From IMG/VR virus record IMGVR_UViG_3300023235_000008, positions 1 through 64,000 of that record: DNA of 64,000 nt. One strand, written 5' to 3'. This document shows positions 37,336 through 46,280 of the stretch, in pieces (the stretch's first letter is position 1; each line of letters begins with the position of its first letter). The notes below the pieces were generated by a model, which had not been told where the DNA came from, searched no databases, and worked only from the letters and a program-made list of their open reading frames with translations. The translations under genes were made by a program, and so were the position numbers.

Positions 37336-38295
37336 TTAAGAAATGTTTTCTTCAAACTCTTTTAGTCGTTTCCATATACTTCGTAGTTCTGTTATCTGTG
37401 TCCAGTTTTCTATGGGCAAACTAAACGCCTGATACACCTTCTGAAATGCATTGGACACTTGAACCAGCGTTCCCAATAAGATGGCACCGGTGAACAGGCT
37501 AGGCCCCATAACGAGGTAAGGTGCAATGACCATAAACTGCCCTAGTATATTTGTCCATAGATCAAAGTAACCATAATGATTAAATAGTCTTTGATAGTTT
37601 ACCTTAATGCCACTGAATAGATCAATCAATGTTTCTTCGTAGCCGTATCGTAGTTTGTCATCCTCTGCATACACCAACTCTTTACGGAACCGTGCTTCTA
37701 CCCTTTGGTTATTGTATTCAAGACCGGGAAGGAACCATCCAACAAACCATGAAACAATAATGCCACCAAAACTAACAGCAATGGCAAGCCATACAAGACT
37801 ACCGGGAATACTGGCAAATGGCTCAATACTCACCCCTCCGGAAAGTGTCCAAAGGATTGGAATAAAAGCAATGACCATCATAAATGCCCGAACAACTTGT
37901 AGCCCGAGCGTTTCAACGATCCGGGCGAAGCGATACGTATCTTCTTGAATACGCTGACTGGCACCTTCTATCTCCCTCATAACCAGCCGCCATCGTGGGA
38001 TGTAACTGAATGTTATTGCCTCACGCCATCGCATAGCATACATTCTGGTGAACCAGTTTGTCACCGTAACGACAGCGACATATGGCATCGCAAGATAAAA
38101 GAATGTCATCAGGCTATCCCAAAACTCTTGAATATCATGCTCAGTTGCCTTTTGTAAAATATTATAGAATGAACCATACCATTCATTTATTTGAACTGTA
38201 AGATACACTTGGAAAGATAATGAGACGAAGAGTAGTAATAAACCACCCCAAGCCCATAGACGCCATTGCGGTGAGCAGAAAAACGATTTTATCAT
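37336..38295 (-). CDS. sbmA: SbmA/BacA-like peptide transporter
   Basis: INEWYGSFYN.LQK, RWREA, IEGASQRIQEDT.RF, GLEYNNQRVEARFRKELVY.EDD, ITELRSIWKRL.EFE. Confidence 0.9.
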   Translation of the reverse strand: MIKSFFCSPQWRLWAWGGLLLLFVSLSFQVYLTVQINEWYGSFYNILQKATEHDIQEFWDSLMTFFYLAMPYVAVVTVTNWFTRMYAMRWREAITFSYIPRWRLVMREIEGASQRIQEDTYRFARIVETLGLQVVRAFMMVIAFIPILWTLSGGVSIEPFASIPGSLVWLAIAVSFGGIIVSWFVGWFLPGLEYNNQRVEARFRKELVYAEDDKLRYGYEETLIDLFSGIKVNYQRLFNHYGYFDLWTNILGQFMVIAPYLVMGPSLFTGAILLGTLVQVSNAFQKVYQAFSLPIENWTQITELRSIWKRLKEFEENIS

Positions 38296-38394
38296 ACCGT
38301 ATTTATAAAAGTTTTGACCCCTGTGAGGAAAAGTGATACAATAAGATGTAGCAATCCGGTTACGCTCATAAATTATGGTTACTACCGTTTTGTT

Positions 38395-38850
38395 CTACTT
38401 GCCTATATATATGTAGGTTCGTAAAAAGTTTAATAACTCCGCATCAGGATGAGGCATAGCACCATTATGTATCATATGTGCAAATATTAGTTTTCCTAGT
38501 TGCTGCTGTAATTTTACAAATTCAGGGTCAGCTTTTTTCCCCTTTCGTTTACTTCCGCCACCCGCCGTGCTGTTATATCCATCACCATGGAATGTATTGT
38601 ATTCATTGATGAAGTGAGGTTCCATTGTGTTCAAAGTATGATCTTCGTCGAGGCTTTGGTAGATGGTTTCAACAATGAAGTTTTCAGGACCATGCTTCAC
38701 AATAGCTGCTTGGAACAGTGATTTCCCCCCACGATTTGCGGCTACTTTGTGTGATGACCATCTATGCTGCGGTGAATATGATGTAAATCCTATATAAGAT
38801 TTGTTGTTGATTTGATTGGTGATTTTATATATAGTATAAATATTTGACAT
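38395..38850 (-). CDS. GIY-YIG homing endonuclease
   Basis: TIYKITN.IN.KSYIG...R...H...E..FI..YNT...GYN.T.GG. Confidence 0.9.
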   Translation of the reverse strand: MSNIYTIYKITNQINNKSYIGFTSYSPQHRWSSHKVAANRGGKSLFQAAIVKHGPENFIVETIYQSLDEDHTLNTMEPHFINEYNTFHGDGYNSTAGGGSKRKGKKADPEFVKLQQQLGKLIFAHMIHNGAMPHPDAELLNFLRTYIYIGK

Positions 38851-38918
38851 TGCTGATGCTCCTTTAAAGCGTTAGAGTAAGTGGATATTTCAGTATCGTG
38901 ACTTACATCTTTATTTAG
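38851..38918 (-). ncRNA. Structured late-promoter/hairpin leader of the GIY-YIG gene
   Basis: CTAAATA + GTAAGT-cac-GATA-loop-TATC-c-ACTTAC + SD hairpin; covaries with the copy at 60269-60336. Confidence 0.75.
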
Positions 38919-39046
38919 CTATGTTCCCGCCGCAATGCTGCATAGCAACATCAACATGGTGATTTGATAGACTTACCTACTAAATAATGTTATAATAAGA
39001 ACAATGAAAACACATTAACACTTTAACAACACGTAGGAGAGACAAA

Positions 39047-39181
39047 ATGTTTGGTTTAAAGAAGAAGCATCCGCAACAGCGGGATTACGATACGTATCTT
39101 CGCACAGAATTTCGTGAAGAATACAAGCACCACCAGAAGCCATCACCGGCATATCTGTATGGTATGCGTTTTTTCTGGTAG
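39047..39181 (+). CDS. Small hypothetical protein (44 aa)
   Basis: AGGAG SD; MFGLKKKH...DYDTYLRTEFREEY...RFFW. Confidence 0.6.
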   Translation: MFGLKKKHPQQRDYDTYLRTEFREEYKHHQKPSPAYLYGMRFFW

Positions 39182-39192
39182 GGGATATAACT

Positions 39193-39347
39193 ATGAATTT
39201 ATTTAATGGAATCATTTCGCTATTTAAGCGCAAAGAAATGACAGATACGAGTTATATCTTGACTTACTCTAACGCTTTAAAGGAGCCAAGGACATTTATG
39301 ATCTTGAGCATCGTGAGAATGCTTGGAAAAGAGGCAAGAGACTATGA
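39193..39347 (+). pseudogene. Disrupted small ORF (YL..A.DIYDLE.R pattern, DUF3563-like) containing a copy of the HEG leader
   Basis: ELYL and KGAKDIYDLEHRENAW are separated by an 18-nt insert with a stop. Confidence 0.45.
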
Positions 39348-39484
39348 ATATATTTAAAAGAATTGGTGGATACTTCATTAGTGAGGAATTCATTCAAGCC
39401 CGTACACGTACAGCATTGTCACGTGCGGGTATTACAAGAGAACGACTAGAACAACTCAAACAGGAGAGAATTAAGAATGTTTAA
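39344..39484 (+). CDS. Small protein (46 aa), DUF1127-like GITR motif
   Basis: ALSRAGITRERL; ATGA coupling. Confidence 0.5.
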   Translation: MNIFKRIGGYFISEEFIQARTRTALSRAGITRERLEQLKQERIKNV

Positions 39485-39650
39485 ATTAGAAGATATGCAA
39501 AAAGCTTTCACACCCGAAGGTTTCGTAACAGCAATGGAAAAGATGCAGAGCAACTATTTCAGTGCGATTGAACAAGGTCTTGAAGCACAGCGCAAAGCTG
39601 CAAAAGAAGGTCTTATTGCATTCAAGAAGGTATCTGCACAAAGCAAATAA
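39477..39650 (+). CDS. Small amphipathic helical protein (phasin-like, 57 aa)
   Basis: AGGAG SD; F.LEDMQKAFTPE...AIEQGLEAQRKAAKE. Confidence 0.55.
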   Translation: MFKLEDMQKAFTPEGFVTAMEKMQSNYFSAIEQGLEAQRKAAKEGLIAFKKVSAQSK

Positions 39651-39669
39651 GTCTTGACAACACCACATC

Positions 39670-39711
39670 AAAAGCCCTATACTAGTATATAAACTGGTAT
39701 GGGCTTTTTTT
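39670..39711 (+). terminator. Rho-independent terminator overlapping a promoter
   Basis: AAAAGCCCTATACTAG / CTGGTATGGGCTTTT plus a T-run; TTGACA at 39654. Confidence 0.75.
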
Positions 39712-39725
39712 ATGGAGAATACTAA

Positions 39726-40007
39726 ATGAAACTACCTATAAACTATACGAGAATCGGTGCACGCGAGCGTCGTGAAGTCCGTGAAGAATACATTCGCATT
39801 CAAGACGGAAAATGTTGGTGGTGTGAGAACGCACTTACCGATAATCCTACCACTGAGATTATGGATACAGATGTTAATCGTCGGTTATTCCCGCCGAACT
39901 TCTTTAAGCATCCTGTTCACTTACAGCATGATCATGATACTGGTATGACCGAAGGTGCGGTTCATGCCAGATGCAATGCAGTAATGTGGCAATACCACGG
40001 GAAATGA
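39726..40007 (+). CDS. Endonuclease VII-like / HNH-type small protein
   Basis: QDGKCWWC...HLQHDHDTG...GAVHARCN. Confidence 0.8.
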   Translation: MKLPINYTRIGARERREVREEYIRIQDGKCWWCENALTDNPTTEIMDTDVNRRLFPPNFFKHPVHLQHDHDTGMTEGAVHARCNAVMWQYHGK

Positions 40008-40195
40008 ACGACAGGGAAAAGTTTTGGCAGGATTTATCAAAGCCGCCGTTGAATAGACGAGGTTGCCGCAACTGTATTCATTTCGCTTCATCGGGTTTAC
40101 TAAGCGATTGTATGAATCCAGTGGGCATGACAATATGTAGTGGGGGGCGTGACGAGTATTGGGAGTGGAATGGCGAACATTGTTATGGACGATAA
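40004..40195 (+). CDS. KEFW-CxxC cassette-family protein
   Basis: MNDREKFWQDLSKPP...CRNC...C...C...YWEWNG. Confidence 0.8.
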   Translation: MNDREKFWQDLSKPPLNRRGCRNCIHFASSGLLSDCMNPVGMTICSGGRDEYWEWNGEHCYGR

Positions 40196-40314
40196 AGAAA
40201 AGTTTTGGCAGGATTTATGCAAACGCACAGATTTATTGTAAAAAACAGATGGGTCAACGCATAACTACAACATGCGAACCATGTATGTGGGAATGGGATG
40301 GAATAAGGGAATGA
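40185..40314 (+). pseudogene. Deleted/frameshifted KEFW cassette
   Basis: MDDKEKFWQDL..., then out-of-frame YC...CEPCMWEWDGIRE*. Confidence 0.7.
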
Positions 40315-40382
40315 ACATGAAAAAAATAGAAGGTGACAAGTTCTTTTGGGCAACATTAAAAGGGGAATTTGATGAGATATAA
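40311..40382 (+). other. Leader-only mini-ORF (23 aa)
   Basis: MNMKKIEGDKFFWATLKGEFDEI*; ATGA-coupled. Confidence 0.4.
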
Positions 40383-40587
40383 AATAACGACAACATTACG
40401 TGACGGTATTCGTGACAATGCTGGCGTGGCTGTAACCAATGCCCTACACGGTATGGGATTCGATATGCTAAAAAGCACCCGCATCGGTAAGGTATTTTAC
40501 ATTGAAACAGATGATGATATTAACGAGATTGTTAAACACATTGTCAATCCAGTTATGGAGGATTTTACCATTGAAAAACAAGACTAA
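40372..40587 (+). CDS. purS: Phosphoribosylformylglycinamidine synthase subunit PurS
   Basis: TLRDGIRDNAGVAV..AL..MGF...RIGK.F.I......VNPVMEDF. Confidence 0.85.
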   Translation: MRYKITTTLRDGIRDNAGVAVTNALHGMGFDMLKSTRIGKVFYIETDDDINEIVKHIVNPVMEDFTIEKQD

Positions 40588-40807
40588 GAAAGAAAAGTTT
40601 TGGGAAGCATTGCATATGCCACAAAATAAGAACTGTAGTACCTGCATATATGACGGCGATCCTACCTATAACAAAGATCATATGTATTCTGAACCAGATG
40701 GACCCTGCTTTCATCCTACTCGCACCGAAGATGAGGGGTGTTCTTTAGGTAGACCCGCCTCGAATAACTCTTTCCCGTTTTGGAAATGGGATGGGGTATC
40801 GACATAA
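40571..40807 (+). CDS. KEFW-CxxC cassette-family protein (TTG start)
   Basis: KKEKFWEALHMPQ.KNCSTC...C.HP...C...FWKWDG. Confidence 0.75.
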   Translation: MKNKTKKEKFWEALHMPQNKNCSTCIYDGDPTYNKDHMYSEPDGPCFHPTRTEDEGCSLGRPASNNSFPFWKWDGVST

Positions 40808-40812
40808 TAAAA

Positions 40813-40845
40813 CCTTAACAAATGTGTAACAAAACCTTAAATTGC
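40813..40845 (+). promoter_or_regulatory. Putative Pho box upstream of pstS
   Basis: Three 11-bp-phased repeats, CCTTAAC / GTGTAAC / CCTTAAA; TG-N-TATAAT at 40863-71 and TATAAATA at 40851. Confidence 0.6.
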
Positions 40846-40901
40846 AAGTATATAAATATTTGTGATATAATAAGGAATAATCATTTAAAGGAAATCAACA
40901 A

Positions 40902-41906
40902 ATGAAACTAAATCTACTAGCCGTCGCCGCAACGGCATTTTTGCTTGTGGCAACAACTGCTGAAGCACGTGACCAAATTCGCATCGTAGGCAGTTCTACC
41001 GTTTACCCATTTTCAACTACCGTTGCTGAATCATTCGGCAATACAACCTCCTTCAAAACACCAGTCGTCGAATCTACGGGATCAGGCGGCGGCTTGAAAC
41101 TATTTTGCAGTGGTGTTGGAACACAATTCCCAGACATTACGAACGCATCAAGACAAATCAAACCTTCTGAAATCAAACTATGCGCAAAGAACGGCGTGAC
41201 TGATGTAACCGAGGTTTTAGTTGGCTTTGATGGTATTGCTATCGCTAACGCAAAGGGAGCAACACATCTTGACTTAACCGTTCGTGATTTATTCTTGGCT
41301 TTAGCTAAGTTTATTCCTGATGCAAATGGCGAGTTAATCGCTAATCCAAATGAAACATGGAATGACATTGGTATTAACTTACCAGAAATTAAGATTGAAA
41401 TATTAGGACCGCCACCAACGTCAGGTACACGAGATGCGTTCCTTGAATTGGTTATGGAAAAAGGCGCAAAGACATTCCCTTCATTGAAAGAACTTCGCAA
41501 GACAGATAAGAAAAAGTTCAAAGCAGTAGCACATGGTCTACGTGAAGATGGTGCTTATGTAGAAGCTGGCGAGAACGACAACTTGATTGTTCAAAAGCTA
41601 TCGGCTAATAAGAATGCTGTTGGTATCTTTGGATTTAGCTTTCTAGAGAATAACAGTGATAAGGTTCAAGGTTCACACATCAATGGTGTGTTGCCAACAT
41701 TTGAAAACATCTCTGATGGTTCTTATCCAGTGTCTAGGTCATTGTTCTTTTATGTGAAAGAACAGCACGTTGGCAGTATAGCTGGTATTGAAGAATATGT
41801 TAGTGAGTTTATCAGTGAAAAGGCAACGGGTGAATACGGATATCTTTCTGATAAGGGTCTTATCCCGGCACCAGAAGGAACTGTTCGAAAACGAAAAGTT
41901 AAATAA
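40902..41906 (+). CDS. pstS: Phosphate ABC transporter substrate-binding protein
   Basis: Signal peptide; IVGSSTVYPF, ESTGSGGG, GPPPTSGTRDAF, YPVSRSLFFYVK. Confidence 0.95.
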   Translation: MKLNLLAVAATAFLLVATTAEARDQIRIVGSSTVYPFSTTVAESFGNTTSFKTPVVESTGSGGGLKLFCSGVGTQFPDITNASRQIKPSEIKLCAKNGVTDVTEVLVGFDGIAIANAKGATHLDLTVRDLFLALAKFIPDANGELIANPNETWNDIGINLPEIKIEILGPPPTSGTRDAFLELVMEKGAKTFPSLKELRKTDKKKFKAVAHGLREDGAYVEAGENDNLIVQKLSANKNAVGIFGFSFLENNSDKVQGSHINGVLPTFENISDGSYPVSRSLFFYVKEQHVGSIAGIEEYVSEFISEKATGEYGYLSDKGLIPAPEGTVRKRKVK

Positions 41907-41923
41907 TCATATACGATATAAGG

Positions 41924-41962
41924 AAATAGGGGCTTGACAGTCCCTATTTTTTTGCGTATACT
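41924..41962 (+). terminator. Terminator whose loop is the -35 of the next promoter
   Basis: AAATAGGG-GCTTGACAGT-CCCTATTT plus T-run; TTGACA(41934)-N17-TATACT(41957). Confidence 0.75.
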
Positions 41963-41974
41963 CCATAATAATAA

Positions 41975-42295
41975 ATGAAATGGAGATTTAGAATGTTTGT
42001 AATTAAAGATATAATGAGCGGGAAATACTTGATTACAAGTAACGCTAATACGGCTGATCCAAAAAATATTGAATTAGCAAAAAGATACGAAAATGAAAAA
42101 GGTGCTGAAAAGGCTAGAAAATATCACCAAGATCGTGCCGATAAAAATGTGGCGAGTGGAAAGAAGTTGTATGAGCTATATGTTCGTGACGGCGACCAAT
42201 CCAACGCCGATTGCGTTAAAAATTGGAAAGATCGGGAACAGGAATGGAAAGTGGTTGAAGTCCAATCCATTACAGTAGAAGTGAGGACTGTGTAA
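41975..42295 (+). CDS. Hypothetical protein
   Basis: ORF downstream of an early promoter. Confidence 0.65.
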   Translation: MKWRFRMFVIKDIMSGKYLITSNANTADPKNIELAKRYENEKGAEKARKYHQDRADKNVASGKKLYELYVRDGDQSNADCVKNWKDREQEWKVVEVQSITVEVRTV

Positions 42296-42483
42296 TATGC
42301 TAGGAATAGCTTGTGTAGCAGGACTATTGATTTTCAATACGACAGCATTTAATCCAGATACAATATTTGCCATTAAACTTGATAAGGGAGACATAAGAGT
42401 TAGTTGTGTATGGCACAAAAAAACTTCTTGACATTCATACCGATTCTGCTATTATGTATAAGTAATCAATAGGGAGAACCCAA

Positions 42484-42708
42484 ATGAAAGTTACCGTTTT
42501 TATCACCGCCGCACAGAACGCAAAGTTCTTTGACAATGCATTGAACACCAGCGAAGGTTTCGCTGAGTTGTCCCGAGTTGTTCGCAATGTTGTGACCAAT
42601 GAAGACGGTGCACTTATCGCCGAAGCAACTGTCAACGGTCGCAATGTTCCAGTGATTTCAAACTACGGCGACACCGAGTTCTACGACCTTAACGCAGAAG
42701 CGATGTAA
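42484..42708 (+). CDS. Hypothetical early protein
   Basis: TTGACA promoter at about 42428, GGGAG SD. Confidence 0.7.
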   Translation: MKVTVFITAAQNAKFFDNALNTSEGFAELSRVVRNVVTNEDGALIAEATVNGRNVPVISNYGDTEFYDLNAEAM

Positions 42709-43460
42709 TGAAAATACGCTTACTCAGTGACGTTCATCTCGAATTTGACAATACTCCAATGGAGTTTTGTGACGCACTTTACAACCCAAACTGGAATGGG
42801 GCAGATGTGCTTGTTCTGGCGGGGGATATCACTACTAAAAGCCGTGTGCAATGGATTGTGGAAATGTCTAAACATTTTCCGCACGTTGTCTATGTATACG
42901 GCAATCATGAGTTTTATAAGAGTAACTTTGATAGCGTGAAACGTCATACTGTCGAAAGTCTACCAAGTAATGTGCATGTCCTTGATGATAGTTCAGTGAT
43001 GCTGGATGGTGTAAATTTCCACGGCTGCACATTGTGGTCTGATTTTAATAAAGGCGATCCACTTACGTATCACGCTGCACAATCGTCGATGAATGATTAC
43101 AGGCAAATCCGTGACGAGAAGTATTCGATTATTAAACCACAGGGTATTCACACCAGACATAACGTGTCAAAGATGTTCCTTGCTGATAACGTTAAGGAAG
43201 GCGACGTGGTTGTAACGCATCACGCACCAACGTATAAGAGTATTCACGCAAGATTCCGAGGCGATAAGTTGTCTGGATGTTATGCCAGTGATTTGTCTGA
43301 CCTTATATTGGACACGAAACCGGCATTATTCTGCCACGGTCACGTTCACGATTCATTTGATTATATGGTCGGCGACACACGTGTGGTATGTAATCCGAGA
43401 GGTTACAAAGGGAGCGAACTTAATCCTAACTTTGACGAGGATTTGACAGTAGAGATATGA
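42708..43460 (+). CDS. Calcineurin-like metallophosphoesterase
   Basis: SDVHLE, LAGDI, YGNHE, CTLW, VTHHAP, CHGHVH, NPRGY. Confidence 0.93.
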   Translation: MKIRLLSDVHLEFDNTPMEFCDALYNPNWNGADVLVLAGDITTKSRVQWIVEMSKHFPHVVYVYGNHEFYKSNFDSVKRHTVESLPSNVHVLDDSSVMLDGVNFHGCTLWSDFNKGDPLTYHAAQSSMNDYRQIRDEKYSIIKPQGIHTRHNVSKMFLADNVKEGDVVVTHHAPTYKSIHARFRGDKLSGCYASDLSDLILDTKPALFCHGHVHDSFDYMVGDTRVVCNPRGYKGSELNPNFDEDLTVEI

Positions 43461-43810
43461 ACGGCGAACTACGATATTTATCAGACTCAAATATATTCCG
43501 GTTGGATTACTATGAGTATGTCGCATCGGATCGTGAAGAAAGAATACAGCACGTTCGTGAAGATTTGGAGTTCATTTTTCGCTACGCATCGACCGCAGAC
43601 ATAGAAATGTTTGGGGTTGACAAAGCCGAAGTATATAATCGTCGTGTAACGATTTCTAATATGGACGGGTTTGAAAAAATACTGGTTGCATATCTAACAG
43701 AATGTGCTGATGTTCAAATCGATGATATTGATTTCGTAATAGATGACGAAAAATCCCGAATGTTCTTTGACCTATCGGCTGACTATAAAAAAGTGGAGTA
43801 TTGGAAATGA
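43457..43810 (+). CDS. Hypothetical protein
   Basis: ATGA-coupled ORF. Confidence 0.65.
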   Translation: MNGELRYLSDSNIFRLDYYEYVASDREERIQHVREDLEFIFRYASTADIEMFGVDKAEVYNRRVTISNMDGFEKILVAYLTECADVQIDDIDFVIDDEKSRMFFDLSADYKKVEYWK

Positions 43811-44172
43811 AAACTATTGTTGTAACCATTACAATGGCTGCAATCGTTTTAACGGGTTGTGTGCGTGAGTTATCAAGTTACGAGCGACAACTTCAGTGGG
43901 AAGAAAACCAACCAAAATCGTGGGCTGGCAAGACTGGTCAAAAGGGTAGGGACTTTCAGATGTGGCAATTCCGTAAACGTTGCGAAACGGCATACAGTTA
44001 TGAATGCCTTGAACTTGATATTCATGGTGACCGCAGCGTACGTGAGGCACCGCCACCACCAGCACGAACAGGCAACAAGCGCATCTACAGCATTTGTGAT
44101 GGTGGCGTATGTGTCACTGAAAAGATTTGTTATGATTTGGTTAATGGAACAGAGGAATGTGTCCGTGAGTAA
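43807..44172 (+). CDS. Putative lipoprotein
   Basis: Signal peptide with lipobox VLTGC; Cys-rich C-terminus. Confidence 0.65.
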   Translation: MKTIVVTITMAAIVLTGCVRELSSYERQLQWEENQPKSWAGKTGQKGRDFQMWQFRKRCETAYSYECLELDIHGDRSVREAPPPPARTGNKRIYSICDGGVCVTEKICYDLVNGTEECVRE

Positions 44173-44554
44173 AAAATCAAAAGCGTGGGAATCTTCGTAT
44201 GATCCCGATAAACAAAACAAGCGTGATGTTCCCAGCTGGTGGTTGGGGGTGGATCAGCGAACGATAGTTAATGACTGGGAGCCTAACATCATAACGGCAG
44301 ATTATGACGAGTTTATAGAAATCCTTGAATACTGTAAGAAGAATAAGATTGGTATTAAAAACTGGCAATATGCGAGGATTGGCGGCAGACAAGGTGACAA
44401 GTTTATAGAACTCCTTGAAAAATGTAAGAAGAATAAGATTGGTATTAGAAAATGGCAATATCCGATGCTTGATGGCGGCAGACAAGGTTTTATCATTCGA
44501 TTGAAAAAACAACGTGACCTTTTTGCTGTAAATCTTACACTAAGACAATCATAA
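44165..44554 (+). CDS. Hypothetical protein with an internal 29-30 aa duplication
   Basis: GTG start; D.FIE.LE.CKKNKIGI..WQY....GGRQG occurs twice. Confidence 0.6.
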   Translation: MSKKSKAWESSYDPDKQNKRDVPSWWLGVDQRTIVNDWEPNIITADYDEFIEILEYCKKNKIGIKNWQYARIGGRQGDKFIELLEKCKKNKIGIRKWQYPMLDGGRQGFIIRLKKQRDLFAVNLTLRQS

Positions 44555-44627
44555 TAATGTTGACTAACCCTTCCTAATGTAGTATAATAGTTCATTGAGT
44601 TAAACCAACCTTTATAGGAGAAATAGT

Positions 44628-44798
44628 ATGGATGCTTTTGAAAAAGAACTACACGACGCTGCCGACGAGGCTATCTTCGGACTTCAACTAGACCACGATG
44701 CTGCTGTTCGGTTTGTTAGAAACAATGTTGACAACACCGAAGACTATCAAGCAGAAGCCGCAGTGAACCGTTTATTGACTGGCACATCACCACTATGA
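44628..44798 (+). CDS. Small early protein (56 aa)
   Basis: TTGACT-TATAAT promoter, AGGAG SD; MDAFEKELHD... Confidence 0.65.
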   Translation: MDAFEKELHDAADEAIFGLQLDHDAAVRFVRNNVDNTEDYQAEAAVNRLLTGTSPL

Positions 44799-45346
44799 AA
44801 GAGTTAACACATCTTGGGGGGATCACTGTATCCCCCCAACAAGCCCACGTATTCTATTATGTTAGACCAGACTTTGAAAAAGGTCCGTGGGTAGCGGGCG
44901 GTGCCATTAGGCAACTACTACAATGCAGAACAGTTAAGTCGGATTTTGATGTATATTGTTCTAGTCAAGAGCAATCAAAAATCATTGCGGATCGACTAAC
45001 CGACGCTGGGTTCAGCGTAGCCTTTGATTCCGAGAACGCAGTCACATACCGTGCGGATGATATTGATGTCCAACTTATCAAGAAGCAGTGGTTTCAAAAT
45101 CCACTTGATGTAGTTAATGACTTTGATTTCGCACAAGCCCAACTTATTTCAGATGGCTATTCGGCGTGGGGCAATCCTGATTGGAACGAAGACGACATTG
45201 ACATTGTGAGCTACCGTCCGAAATCGATTCTGAAACGCCTTGTGAAATATTATGCATACGGCTACAAGATTAAACAGGAAACACTTACAAAGCTTTCCGC
45301 AGATTCTGATTTACAATATGATTTTCGCAATGATCCGGGGTATTAA
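44795..45346 (+). CDS. Nucleotidyltransferase (poly(A)-polymerase/CCA head-like, stand-alone)
   Basis: WVAGGAIR....KSDFDVY; VQLI...FDFAQ; KRLVKY..YGY. Confidence 0.75.
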   Translation: MKELTHLGGITVSPQQAHVFYYVRPDFEKGPWVAGGAIRQLLQCRTVKSDFDVYCSSQEQSKIIADRLTDAGFSVAFDSENAVTYRADDIDVQLIKKQWFQNPLDVVNDFDFAQAQLISDGYSAWGNPDWNEDDIDIVSYRPKSILKRLVKYYAYGYKIKQETLTKLSADSDLQYDFRNDPGY

Positions 45347-45348
45347 TT

Positions 45349-45927
45349 ATGGCATTTAATATTAATGTATCACTACCAGATTCAGATTCAGATAACGATT
45401 CGAGTAGCTTTGTGCCAATCGATTCAATGTGGAAAAAGGAATCGATGTGGGCATCACTATCCGAGCAACCTACTATGGTCACCTTGGATGTCAAAGGTGT
45501 AGAACATCTTTATGTATTAACAAAAACACGTATGTTCACGCATCGCACATTTGTGGCATTGGTATCTGATTACCGTTGGTTTATCCGTCCTACACCATTG
45601 ATGAAGGAAGCATTGTTTGATGACGCTGCCAACAATCATTTGGTCGGCAGTAAGTATACTGAATCTTGTGAAAGTGTTTATCATAGTTGGTGGTCGCAAA
45701 CCAAGCGTGAGTTTGCATTCAACTGCAAAAAATGGATTGATTCATATCCCGATAATACTGAAGCAGATATTTTGGCTTTTCTTGATCCATCAAACTCACA
45801 GTTCACACAGAAAAGTGATAAGTTGCGGTCAGATGGTATAGCATCAAGTTGGACATTACTTAATAGTATATCAAAAAAGAAGAAAGCAAACTATGCAGCT
45901 ATTAGTGAAATTGAAATAGAGTTCTAA
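45349..45927 (+). CDS. Hypothetical protein
   Basis: 192-aa ORF in operon. Confidence 0.7.
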   Translation: MAFNINVSLPDSDSDNDSSSFVPIDSMWKKESMWASLSEQPTMVTLDVKGVEHLYVLTKTRMFTHRTFVALVSDYRWFIRPTPLMKEALFDDAANNHLVGSKYTESCESVYHSWWSQTKREFAFNCKKWIDSYPDNTEADILAFLDPSNSQFTQKSDKLRSDGIASSWTLLNSISKKKKANYAAISEIEIEF

Positions 45928-46163
45928 TGGATCAAAAAAAATGCCCTAGATGTGAAATCGAACAGGAAATAGCCACCGAATTCTTCTTTATTAAAGCCAC
46001 TGGATATTACCAATCTTGGTGTAAGTCCTGTATGCGAGAAGTGTCGGCTATTAAATATAAAGAGCGTAAGCAAAAAGAAAAAGAAGAAAAAACAGACCCA
46101 AAAAAAATATTTGCGGATATTCTAGAAAGAAAACGATTGACAACAGACGACGATAATGTATAA
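45927..46163 (+). CDS. Zinc-finger protein
   Basis: KKCPRC...EFF.....YQSWCKSC. Confidence 0.7.
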   Translation: MDQKKCPRCEIEQEIATEFFFIKATGYYQSWCKSCMREVSAIKYKERKQKEKEEKTDPKKIFADILERKRLTTDDDNV

Positions 46164-46280
46164 TGATGATAATGTAACTGAACCAGAATCTGACGAGGAA
46201 GAAATGAAAAAAGACGAACGCATCGAAAACATTTGCGGCATTTTACTGATTGTCGTGCCACTTGTATTTATGTTGCTATC

